A DNA stretch of 64,000 bases. It comes from Squalus acanthias. Taxonomy: Eukaryota. The position numbers and the translations under genes were made by a program. Positions 11,374 through 22,700 of the stretch are shown in pieces. The stretch is taken from the NCBI GenBank assembly GCA_030390025.1, contig CM059425.1, positions 174,966,001 through 175,030,000 on the forward strand, given 5' to 3'. Each line of letters starts with the position of its first letter. Within the stretch, counting starts at the first letter, position 1. Below the pieces are notes generated by a model that saw only the letters and a list, made by a program, of their open reading frames with translations, had not been told where the DNA came from and searched no databases.

Positions 11374-13250
11374 ACATGCAAGTCCTTTCCTTTCTTCTTT
11401 CTTTTACCAACCATGTATACATATGTGTGTTGTGCCCCACTCCTCCTTATGGATCAAAGCCTGGGGTTTGCACACAATGCCTTCCTTCCTTTACACAGAT
11501 GCATCATTGCCCCACTCCCATGTGCACCAGAAGCAACTCTGATTAGTCCAGCTTCCGCTCTTCGAAATCAGCAGGAATTCAGATATCCCGTGCAGTGCTG
11601 AGATCATTCTATATGAGGCTGCATAGGTGTATACATTATCTTTGAATTTAAACTTAAATTAGCTGAGTTTAAAATTTAAAGAAATTCCGAGTTTTGATGC
11701 ATCTCCTCTGGCTATGCGAGGTTGCATTGATGGCACTCCTGCTCAGCAAGCTTGTCTTCCTTATGACCCCCATCCATCATACCCTTGTCAACCCACCACC
11801 CCCCCTTTCAAACAATCCCAAGTGCTGTATTGGCATGCTGATTCACTTTTAGATAGAGGGAGGAGAGATGCATTAATATACAGCAACAGAATGTCTTCAC
11901 AGCAGTTTCTAAATTCATGCTGCATACATATTAAACTTGAAACATTGGAGGGGGAATTATGCATGAAGCACAGTTGTGGAGCTCATTATAGTGTATTAGG
12001 AAAACACATTGGGAGTTACAATTTGTGTAAAATTTCATTAACCCTTTGCAAACTCTCCAATCTGCTAAAAGTAAGAAAAAAAGCAATGTGTAAAATTCAT
12101 TTGCAATTAATTCAGAAATAAATTTAACAAAATTGGATGCAAAGTACTTTGGAAATCTCAGATTTGCAGGAGAGGCAGCAAAATCTGTTATGCTATAAAC
12201 AATGGGTTGTTGTTGTTGGCAGGTATTTTTTGTGATCATGAAATCATTATGACAAGACATCAAGATCAAGCAAATTTGATATATATTCATGCACCTATGC
12301 TCCGGCGAGCTAGAGTTGCAGTGTATTTCACCTCTGGTCTGAAACACCGAAGCCCCCAGTGTTACAAATTCACATCTGGTGTCAGTCACTCCCTTATGCA
12401 ATTTGGTCGCCTGCTGCTTAAGGAGGTTGACTCCCATTGCCCTGTACCTTACATAGAATGTACAGCACAGAAACAGGCCATTCGGCCCAACCAGTCCATG
12501 CCAGCATTTATGCTCCACTCAAGCCTCCTCCAGTCCTTCTAGCGCAGTAGCGGGACACAGGCGTGTAATACCCTTGTGTTCTGGACTAGATCTCTGTTTT
12601 ACACACTTGTACCTTCAAAAGAGATTAGCTTCCCAAAATAGCCACATGCTGAGTTGTGGATGTTACAATGTGAGAAGAGATTTTCTCATAGACAGTGAAA
12701 CAATTAACAAATTGTTGCCATGTCTGGTTGTTCAGAAAGTCACTGGTTTTGGAAACCCTTTTGAGCTCTGAGGGAGTTGTGAGAAAGCTTTTAAGAATCA
12801 GAACCCTAAGTGGAAGTTGGACAGCAAAGGGAAAGAAAGGATTCACATTAATGTGACAGCTTTCACATCCTCGGAACATCCCAAAGTGCTTCACAGTCAG
12901 TTACTTTTTGAAGTATAGTCACTATTGTTATGTAGGCAACCAATTTGTGTACAGCAAGATCCCACAAACAATAATAAGGTAAATGGCTTGCTTTTAAAGA
13001 AAGCAATATTTGAACATTGACATCTTACGCACTGAACATTGACTTTGTTGTGAACCTATTTATCCATTCTTTTGTAAACTGAATGTTACACAATGATATA
13101 GCCTTCAGTGTGGAATTGGGAATTACTATTTGGGATGTTGTTTCAAACAAGAATTAAGTTTAAGATGCTTTTGACTTGTTTTCAGTGCTTCTTAAAAGTA
13201 ATAGTTTTGTGAATACATTTAATTTTAACCATTGTTATTCTAATGTGCAG

Positions 13251-13390
13251 GTGGTTTACAGGCAATAGCTGAATTGTTGCAAGTCGATTGTGAAATGTAT
13301 GGACTCACCGATGACCATTACAGTGTCACATTGCGACGATATGCTGGGATGGCACTTACAAATTTAACTTTTGGGGATGTTGCAAATAAG
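13251..13390 (+). CDS. APC: APC internal coding exon (human exon 11 equivalent, 140 nt)
   Basis: tgcag acceptor, gtaggc donor; (G)GLQAIAELLQVDCEMYGLTDDHYSVTLRRYAGMALTNLTFGDVANK. Confidence 0.98.
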
Positions 13391-13834
13391 GTAGGCAATT
13401 TATTATAGATAAGTTTTAGGTTTTGTATCCTAAATGTGAACTTGTCTGTTCTCTTCACAGGTGCTTTGTGTTTCCAGCATTTTCTGGTTTGTTTCAGAAT
13501 TCCAGCATCTGCAAAATTTTGCCTTTTACTTATATTGCTTTGTCATTTTAAAAGATTGTAATATTTAAACTAATTTGGTGTAATGTCACATTCCGAATAA
13601 CTCTGCTAATGAATAGTTATATTAAAATTAAGGTAAAACTGATTTAAGTTCAACTCATTTGTGTGGCACAGCAACATGCTGTACTGCAAAACAGTGCCCA
13701 CTATTCACCATACACTCAGTTCCTAACCATAGGCAAACTAAAATGTTTATATATCCTGTTTAAGCAATCGTAACATTAAAAAAAAAGTTAAATGGTGTCA
13801 GAGTTGCTTCTGAAATGCTGTTTCCTCTTCACAG

Positions 13835-13912
13835 GCCACACTCTGTTCTATGAAAGGCTGTATGAGAGCAATGGTAGCTCAACTGAAGTCAGAAAGTGAA
13901 GATCTACAGCAG
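13835..13912 (+). CDS. APC: APC internal coding exon (human exon 12 equivalent, 78 nt)
   Basis: ttcacag acceptor, gtaagg donor; ATLCSMKGCMRAMVAQLKSESEDLQQ. Confidence 0.98.
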
Positions 13913-14574
13913 GTAAGGATCGTAGTTTTTAAACTGAAGTTTCAGTGGAAGGTCAGTTAACTTGAGCATAAACAACTTTTAAAACAGCCTCTAAAATCAC
14001 TGTGGGTAAACAAAACCATTTGAAGTATAAGGTTTTCCTGAATACATTGAACACCTAAACAAATCATTTCTGTGGGGTTTACTGTCTTGCCAAATTGAGA
14101 ATATATTGGGGGAAAAATTATACAAGTAATAGTTGAGTGCATTAGTCATAATGCCATCTTTAACTTGGAAAGACAGTAAACACAAACTCTTACATTATCC
14201 AGTCATACCTTAAAGTTTTTACTTTCAGTTAGATGTACAGTTTGTCACCTTTTAATCAAATACTGCACTAATCAGATGTTCATCACTGTGTATGTCCGAA
14301 TCTAATGTAGTATCACAGCACAACGATGACCATTTCCATGAAAAGATTCTTGCCATCACTGTAATAATTTTGTCAAGCGTTTTTGTATTAGCATGAGTGA
14401 TCATGACCTCATCAGGCTCATTAAGCCTAATGCGCATAGAGATCAGTTCGGTTTTTCATGCATTAGGAATGAATGGGAAAATAAAATAAAATGGCAAATC
14501 CAGTAAAAGCATTGCAATACTCTCTTTTATCTACTGAATTATTTTGATTGTCAAACATATTTTTCCTGTTGTAG

Positions 14575-14691
14575 GTAATTGCCAGTGTATTGCGAAATTT
14601 ATCGTGGCGAGCAGATGTAAACAGTAAAAAGATCTTGCGTGAAGTTGGAAGTGTGAGCGCGTTAATGGAATGTGCACTGGATGTGAAAAAG
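14575..14691 (+). CDS. APC: APC internal coding exon (human exon 13 equivalent, 117 nt)
   Basis: ttgtag acceptor, gtagga donor; VIASVLRNLSWRADVNSKKILREVGSVSALMECALDVKK. Confidence 0.98.
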
Positions 14692-15175
14692 GTAGGAAAG
14701 GAATTCCTTTCGCACAAAGTTAAAATTCCAGATATGTTCCATTCAGAATGTTCACAAAAATGTGATTTCCAAATATTTAGGACTCTCTTGCCATCTTATC
14801 TGCTTAAAGTCCAAATTGTTTATTGACACAACTACTTCCTTTTATGAAGAATAATCATTATTTTTGTGACCATGCTGATGTTCCTGTGGGTAGAACATAT
14901 ATGAATAGAATTGCTTTTATCATTCCCCATGTAACTTGAGGTTTTCAAAATTATGAAAAGTTTTGGGACGGTCAATAGCGAAAGATTTTTTCCACTATTT
15001 GGTGAATCAATAAGGTCACATGGACTCAAGATTATCATTAGAAGAATGAAGGAGTTACTTGGAAGAAATTTTTCAAACCGGGTTATTAGAGCGTGAAATA
15101 TTTTACTACAGGTGACTATTGAACATAATTTAAAACAGGAAATGGGTAAGTTTTTAAACAGGGAGAATATAAAAG

Positions 15176-15311
15176 CCAGTTCTGACGAAGGGTCATTGAC
15201 CTGAAACGTTAACTCTGTTTCTCTCTCCACAGATGCTGCCTGACCTGCTGAGTATTTCCAGCATTTTCTGTTTTTATTTCAGATTTCCAGCATTTGCAGT
15301 ATTTTGCTTTT
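15176..15311 (+). mobile_element. Short Penelope-like element 3' end (pLTR piece) carrying a hammerhead motif
   Basis: Flanked by 11-bp direct repeat GAATATAAAAG (15165-15175, 15312-15322); sequence matches the 3' ends of the Penelope elements at 42669-42766 and 45518-45651. Confidence 0.85.
15178..15214 (+). ncRNA. Minimal type I hammerhead ribozyme motif (Penelope-associated)
   Basis: AGTT-CTGACGA-AGGGTC-ATT-GACCT-GAAACGTT-AACT: CUGANGA and GAAA core, stem II GGTC/GACC, palindromic AACGTT stem III, stem I AGTT/AACT. Confidence 0.75.
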
Positions 15312-16679
15312 GAATATAAAAGGATACAGGGAAAGGGCTGCGAAAAGGGATTAAAGTAGAAAGTTCCTGTTAGAAAGCCAACACAGGCAGGATGGGTCAA
15401 ATGGACTCCTGTGCTGTAAATTAAATGAGTTTTAACCCAATAACAGTGAATTGCATGAGGAAAAGATTTGTATACCTGATCACTTGCAAGTTCCAGTCAA
15501 AGGTGGCTGCAGTACCACTTTTGACTGCAAGTGCTTGTAATAACTCTCTCAGTACAAAGTCTCACTAAATGGAAGTGCACATTAAAGAACAGGGAGAAGG
15601 ATTAAAAATCACAAGTGCTGAAAATCAAGTGTGCTAACCTCCATGCCTGATACTCCAATCTGAACTCTAGTTAAGCAGAGGCTCCAAAATCTTAGATCTT
15701 GGTACCATGCCGTCTTGCATGTCCTCATTCATCAGTTCTTTTTCTGCTGGCTGTTTCCCTTTTGTGAAAAAAGTGAGCATTTTCGAAGATCCCGATTCCA
15801 TGTTTAGTTTGATGAGCAAAATAAACCCCGGTCTTTGGTTAACAATATGTGGAAAGTGATTTCCAGTGGCCTGTACCTTCTCTTGAAACTTGAAGATTAG
15901 TATCTCAAGAATAAGATTTCCAAAGTGCAAGCTGGTGATTCATAGAAATACATGATAGTTACAACATGGAGACAGTCATAAAATGTGCCATGTATTAATA
16001 GGATGTAGGTTCAAGGCAGTGATTTCATCCACTTTGAATCTCGACTGGATTGTGTGGGAGGTAGAGGTGATGCTCGGCATTTCCCCATGGGGATTGAAAA
16101 TGTGTGCCCATGTCAACTCTTCTTCCAATTGCTGAGCAACACTGACCTGCAGGGCTAATGTACATGGTATAAAAATAATTAAAAGGTAGGGAACAAACAT
16201 CTCTTTTAAATGTTACAAAATGTACACTCTCCCACCCTTGGATTGTGTGAACTCAACCAAAGTGAAGACTTGAAAGGAATCCTCTACTTTACTCCAACCT
16301 CTAACATTCAGGACAGTCATTGTCAAAGCATGTGTATGCGTAAATATATTTCTGTACCTATTGTTACAAAGGGGATTAGTACAATATGAATGTCTTATTA
16401 AATTTGACAGTCGCCATAAAGGCAGAATTGTAATATGCTGCAAATGCTATTTATCAAGGTTTTTGTTATCTTTCTAAGTGTACTTTGGGGGAGACAATAA
16501 GGAAAATTATTGTAGAAATTAAAAATGTTGCAGCATTCAAATGTATGGTACATCAGAAAGATGCACAATGTAAAATCTAATACACATACCATGCAAATGT
16601 TCCAAAATGTCTCCCAAGACATGAGTTAATCAAAACGAATTGAAATTGTATATTCATTTTTCCCTCATCGTTCTTAAAG

Positions 16680-16894
16680 GAATCAACCCTGAAGAGTGTT
16701 CTTAGTGCCCTTTGGAATTTATCTGCACACTGCACTGAGAATAAGGCTGACATCTGTGCTGTGTGTGGCGCTCTTGCCTTTTTAGTCGGCACTTTAACCT
16801 ACAGAAGCCAAACCAATACACTCGCCATTATTGAAAGTGGAGGTGGCATCCTACGGAATGTTTCTAGTCTGATTGCTACAAATGAAGATCACAG
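16680..16894 (+). CDS. APC: APC internal coding exon (human exon 14 equivalent, 215 nt)
   Basis: cttaaag acceptor, gtgtgt donor; ESTLKSVLSALWNLSAHCTENKADICAVCGALAFLVGTLTYRSQTNTLAIIESGGGILRNVSSLIATNEDH(R). Confidence 0.98.
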
Positions 16895-17774
16895 GTGTGT
16901 GCAGTCTTCCTTTGTTTTGTAGAAATAATTTATTACTTCATGAAAATCAATCACTCCTATACCTATAGTCATGGTGATTTAAAAGATACCTTAAATATTG
17001 AGTGTTGTAGTGAATTATACCCTTGGTTCAGTCATCTACACAAATACACTGTGGCCATTTATAGTACTTACGAATTTCAACCCATGTACTGACCTATTAT
17101 AAAGTTGTTCACACTTGTAAACAAATTCTCAGTTCTGTTTAGCATCATCCATATACTAATGATGTGGGGAAGACTTTCATAGAAGAATGAAACCAATTCT
17201 ACGAGAGATTTTACCTGTTCACACGTACAAATATAGATAGCCATTTTCAAAGACTTTGGTTAACAAAGCTCGTGCTGGAAAATGTTCCTCCACTAGAAGC
17301 AAGTGTGTGTGTATGTCACTCAAATTGATATTAACTTGGGTCCTTCAGCTGAAGGTACGGTGTCTGCAGTTTTTGCACACTGCGCAGTTTACAATTTTAG
17401 ATAACAGCACTGAATCTTAAAATTTAGTACCATTTTCTAAAACACGGAGTTTTCAAAGTAAAACAATTCATGCTTCTTTGCAATACAACCAACCCCTTGC
17501 TCAATGCAAAAGCCAGCTCCATAGGCAAGCCCACACATCCTATAAACCCAAATTTAACCTTATGTGTGAAGTATAAGTGTCGACCTTGGCTCAGTGTTGT
17601 TACTCTCACATTTGAGTCAGGTGCCGTCTTTCAGATGAGACATGAAATTGAAGCCCTGTCTGCTCCAGTGGACATAAAAGGTTCCATGGCACTATTCAAT
17701 GAAGAACAGGAGAGTTCTTCTGGTGTCCAGTTTCTAAGTTGTCAGACTACTTGTCCGACATCCAGTACTGGATA

Positions 17775-18275
17775 AGCAGAAATTTCCTCCAACTAAATAT
17801 TGGGAAGACCGAAGCTGATGGCCCGTAATTTGCGGTCAGCGGCAAAGCAAAGGCGTTTGCCACTGGCCCTGAAGTAAGCTTCCCCCAAGAGCTGTGGCGA
17901 GAAGTTCAGCTTTTCCGACGCATAATTGAAGTCAACGCAAGTTAATGGGGAATCCCTAACACAAACTGCTGTGACACCAACAAGCTGTCTAATGCAGAAT
18001 TCTCACTTACAGCTAACCAGGAAGTGGGTAAGCTCCTTTGATTCTTAACTTTTCGCAACTTTGGTGTCATATTTGACCCCGAGATGAGCTTCCGACCACA
18101 TATCTGCGCCATCACTAAGACCGCCTATTTCCACCTCCGGAACATCGCCCAAATCCGCCTCTGCCTCAGCTCTTCTGCTGAAACCCTCATCCATGCCTTT
18201 GTTACCTCTAGTCTTGACTATTCCAAACCACTCCTGGCCGGCCTCCCATGTTCTACCCTCCGTAAATTGGAAATA
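17775..18275 (+). mobile_element. L2-like ORF2 fragment interrupted by a MITE remnant (about 17820-18040)
   Basis: Peptide MSFRPHICAITKTAYFHLRNIAQIRLCLSSSAETLIHAFVTSSLDYS; related copy at 61200-61900. Confidence 0.7.
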
Positions 18276-18829
18276 GTACGTAGTGCCAATGTAGGCTTCT
18301 GATCTCTCCAAAAGAGGGAAAAACACCAAACTGACAAACCATGTCTGTCAGGCTAAAACTAATTTGAAATTATTGTAAGATGTAATTTTTTTACAGAAGC
18401 AAGAATAGTCAGATAAATGACAGTAGAGTCCTTACTTCACATCGGTACTTTGAAACTATTTTTGAGACAAAGTAACAAAGCATTTTGAGATTCTTACTAT
18501 CTCTTGATAGCAACATAGAAGACAACTCCGCTTCCATGGAGTTTTACAACACCACAATGACTTGGATATATGGCTTGACCTGATGAGCTGAAGAAATGGT
18601 TTATTATCTGTCATCAGCCTGGGAGGACTCTGGATACAGAGCTGTCAATTGAGATAGATTTAAAAGGCCTGCTTCTCAGATACCTAACTTCAAACAGATT
18701 CCCACACCTACAGGACTCAGCAGATTTTCTACAGTAGGCAACAGTCATACTGCAGGATACCCCCTGTAGGACAGCCATCACAAATAATGGCACTGTTTCT
18801 TGCAGCAGAAAACTTACAACATTGTAACT

Positions 18830-19490
18830 CCCCTCCATCCCTGCACTCCTCTCCATCCCTGCCCTGTGTTCTTTTCCCTTCCTCTCTCCCCTTCCCCACT
18901 TCCCCTCACTGCTGTCTCCACCTCCCCATCTGCCTCCCTCCATCTGCTGCCTACCATTTCCCCTCTCCCTCCTCCTCTCTGCCTCCCTCTGCCCCTCCTT
19001 CCCTCCCTCCCCCCTCCTTCCCTCCCCCCTCCTTCCTCCACTCCCGTCTCCCTCCCTCTGCCCCCTCCCTCCCGCCGCTCCTCTCCCTCACCCCTTCCTC
19101 CACCTTCCCCTCCTCTCCATCTCCCCCTCCTCTCCATCTCCCCCCTCCTCTCCATCTCCCCCCTCCTCTCCATCTCCCCCCTCCTCTCCATCTCCCCCCT
19201 CCTCTCCATCTCCCCCCTCCTCTCCATCTCCCCCCTCCTCTCCATCTCCCCCCTCCTCTCCATCTCCCCCCTCCTCTCCATCTCCCCCCCTTCCTCCCTC
19301 CTCCCCATTGCCTCCCTTCCTCCCCGTCTCCCTTCCTTTCACTCCCCGCCCCTCCATCCCCCCGCCCTCTGCCCTTTTCTTCCTCCCTCCACCCTCATCC
19401 TCCCTCCTTCCCTCTGCTTTCCTTCCTACCCCTCTGCCTCCCACCTCTTCCCTGCCTCGCTCCGCCCCCCCGCTCGCTCCCTCCGCCTTA
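18830..19490. repeat. C/T-rich low-complexity tract containing an 18-bp minisatellite (CTCCATCTCCCCCCTCCT, about 9-10 copies at 19113-19290)
   Basis: Directly visible; source of the spurious Pro-rich and Gly/Glu-rich ORFs. Confidence 0.95.
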
Positions 19491-19791
19491 TCTAAAATCA
19501 GATAAATCTCATTCCATCACCTCACCTAAGCTAAATTATAGCTTACATTCAAAATGCGTTAATTATTACTGTGGATTTCCTCTGTTGCAAGCTGTTTTAA
19601 TCTAATTCAGTACATAAAGTACTTCAATTTAGTGTTCAAGTGAATTTGATAAGGACAGTCCACATAAACAAAGTGTGACTGTTGAGCATATTATCCTTAT
19701 TTTCTTGTTTTTTGCCTTGATTGAAATTAATATAGGCAAGTGTGTATTTGGTTTATAAATGGTTTTCTAAATAACTCTGTTTTGTATTCAG

Positions 19792-22700
19792 GCAAATCCT
19801 GCGAGAAAACAATTGCTTACAGACGTTGCTGCAGCACTTAAAATCGCACAGCCTGACAATAGTTAGCAATGCATGTGGAACCCTTTGGAATCTCTCTGCT
19901 CGAAATGCCAAGGATCAGGAGTCTTTGTGGGACATGGGAGCAGTTAGCATGCTCAAAAATCTAATTCATTCTAAACACAAAATGATTGCAATGGGAAGTG
20001 CTGCAGCTTTGAGGAACCTAATGGCCAACAGACCTGCTAAGTACAAAGATGCCAACATTATGTCTCCAGGATCGAGTCTGCCATCTCTGCATGTTCGGAA
20101 ACAAAAGGCTCTGGAAGCAGAGCTGGATGCTCAACAATTATCAGAGACTTTTGATAATATTGATAATTTGAGCCCCAAAACATCCCATCGCAATAGACAA
20201 AGACACAAACAAGGCAGATACAGTGAGTATGTTTTGGACTCTGGAAGGCATAATGATGATGCGGTATGCAGGTCAGAGAGTTTCAACACTGGAAACTTGA
20301 CTGTGCTGTCACCATACATGACTTCTTCAATGCTACCTGGTTCATCAAGAGACAGCAGGGGCACTGTAGAAAGCTCTAGAGCAGAAAAGGACCGAAGTGT
20401 AGAAAGAGATCGAAGAGGAACAGATACTGATGCCTATCCCTCTTCATCTGATAATGTGCCAGATCCTTCTAAAAGAATAGGGAGACAGATGCCGACCACT
20501 GCAGCTCAAATAGCCACGGTCATGGAAGAGGTATCAAGTATGCATTTATCCTCAGAGGACAGGAATTCAGCATCTGCTTCTGACCTACATTGTGTGCCAG
20601 AGGACAGGACTGGAATGAGACGAGGATCATCATCTCATCCCCATTCTAACATTTTTAACTATGGTAAACCTGAAAACTCCAACAGAACCACTTCCATGCC
20701 TTATGGGAAAACGGAGTACAGGAGGTCATCAAATGATAGCTTGAATAGTGTTAGCAGCAGTGATGGCTATGGGAAAAGAGGGCAGATGAAACCATCGATC
20801 GAGTCCTACTCAGAGGATGATGAAAGCAAATTCTGCAATTATGAAAAATATCCAGCTGATCTTGCCAACAAAATTCACAATGCCAATCATTTAGATGACA
20901 ATGATGCAGAATTAGACACACCAATTAATTACAGTCTTAAATATTCAGATGAACAGTTAAATTCTGGCCGACAGAGCCCATCACAAAATGAACAGTGGGC
21001 ACGGCAAAAGCATATTGTCGAAGAAGAGATGAAAAGGAATGAACATAAGCAGACCAGAACTCAATCCTCTGGATATTCTATCTACTGTGAAAATACATGC
21101 AGTGGGGATGAAGCACATATTAAATTCCAACCTCGATTTGGTCAATCAGATTGCTCTTATAGCACCAGGGCGCATAATAATTCTGAGCAAATTAGAGTAG
21201 ATTCTGAGCACAGAATGAACCAGAAAGTTAATCCATCTCTTTGCCAGGTAGATGATTATGAAGATGACAAACCAACCAACTACAGTGAACGTTACTCTGA
21301 AGAAGAACAGCAGGAGGAGGAAGAGGACAGGCCCACAAATTATAGTATAAAGTTTACAGAGGAAGAACACCATGTTGAACAGCCAATTGATTATAGTTTG
21401 AAGTATTCCTCAGAAATCCCTCCCTCTTCACAGAAGCAATCTTTTATGTATTCAAAAGGTCCTTCGGCTCAAAACCCAACAAAGGATCATGCAGCATCAA
21501 GTTGTGGAAGCACACCAAGTTCCAAAATCAGCACCTCTAGTCAACAGAGGCGACTTCATCCTAGCTCTGCACAAACTAGAACAACTGCCACTCCTGCAGT
21601 ACAAAAATCAGCTACTTGTAAGGCTCCTTCAATTAACCAAGAAACTATGCAGACTTATTGCGTAGAGGATACTCCTATTTGCTTTTCAAGATGTAGTTCA
21701 CTGTCATCTCTGTCATCAGAGGATGAAATGGAAGGTCGTGGCCAAGCCAAGCGTGTATCAGATGATGGAACCACTTTGCAGATCATTGACCTCAAGGAAA
21801 ATCATGGACAGTTATCTGCTGAAACAGCAATAGGTGAGGCTTCCTCTACTTCGCACCATACACGAATGAAACAAAATAGGCTGCAGGCCACAAATGTGTC
21901 TCAGCCTGATATTTCTCGGCAGAAAGCTGTTGAGTTCTCTTCGGGTGCCAAATCACCATCCAAAAGTGGAGCACAGACTCCTAAAAGCCCACCAGAGCAC
22001 TATGTGCAGGAAACTCCTTTGGTATTCAGCAGGTGCAGTTCAGTCAGTTCATTGGGGAGTTTTGAAAGTCAGTCAATTGCCAGTTCTATTCAGAGCGAAC
22101 CTTGCAGTGAAATGGTTAGTGGAGTTATAAGCCCAAGTGATCTTCCAGACAGTCCAGGACAGACAATGCCTCCTAGTAGAAGTAAAACTCCACCACCTCA
22201 ACCAGCTCAACTAAAGAGAGATGTACATAAAATCAAGGAACAAACTAATGTTAAAAGCAGAGAGCCTGGCCAAAGGCAAGAGGCTGTGAATGCAGCAGTC
22301 CAAAGGGTCCAGGTTCCTCAGGACGGTGATAGTCTGATGCATTTTGCCACAGAAAACACTCCAGATGGATTTTCTTGTGCATCAAGTTTGAGTGCTCTTA
22401 GCCTTGATGAACCATTTATTCAGAAAGATCTTGAGCTCAGAGTAATGCCTCCTGTTTATGAAGATGATCAGAGGAATGAAGAACCTGATAAGGAGGAAGA
22501 TACAAGTGAGAAAAATCAGTGTAAAGCAGAGAAAGCTGCAGAACCTGAGAAAGATATACTGGAAGATGATGATGATGACGATGATATTGATATCTTAGAA
22601 GAATGCATAAATTCAGCCATGCCAACTAAATCTTCAAGTAAATCAAAGAAAACTGCTGCTAGTACAACAGCACGGATACCACCTCCAGTAGCAAGGAAAC

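Noticed and set aside
18614..19605. Pro-rich and Gly/Glu-rich ORFs on both strands
   Set aside because: Translation of a low-complexity C/T tract lacking stop codons, inside an APC intron.
19826..19828. ORF-track start of the 2206-aa ORF as the true APC start
   Set aside because: It is a TTG inside the terminal exon; the frame enters by splicing at 19792.
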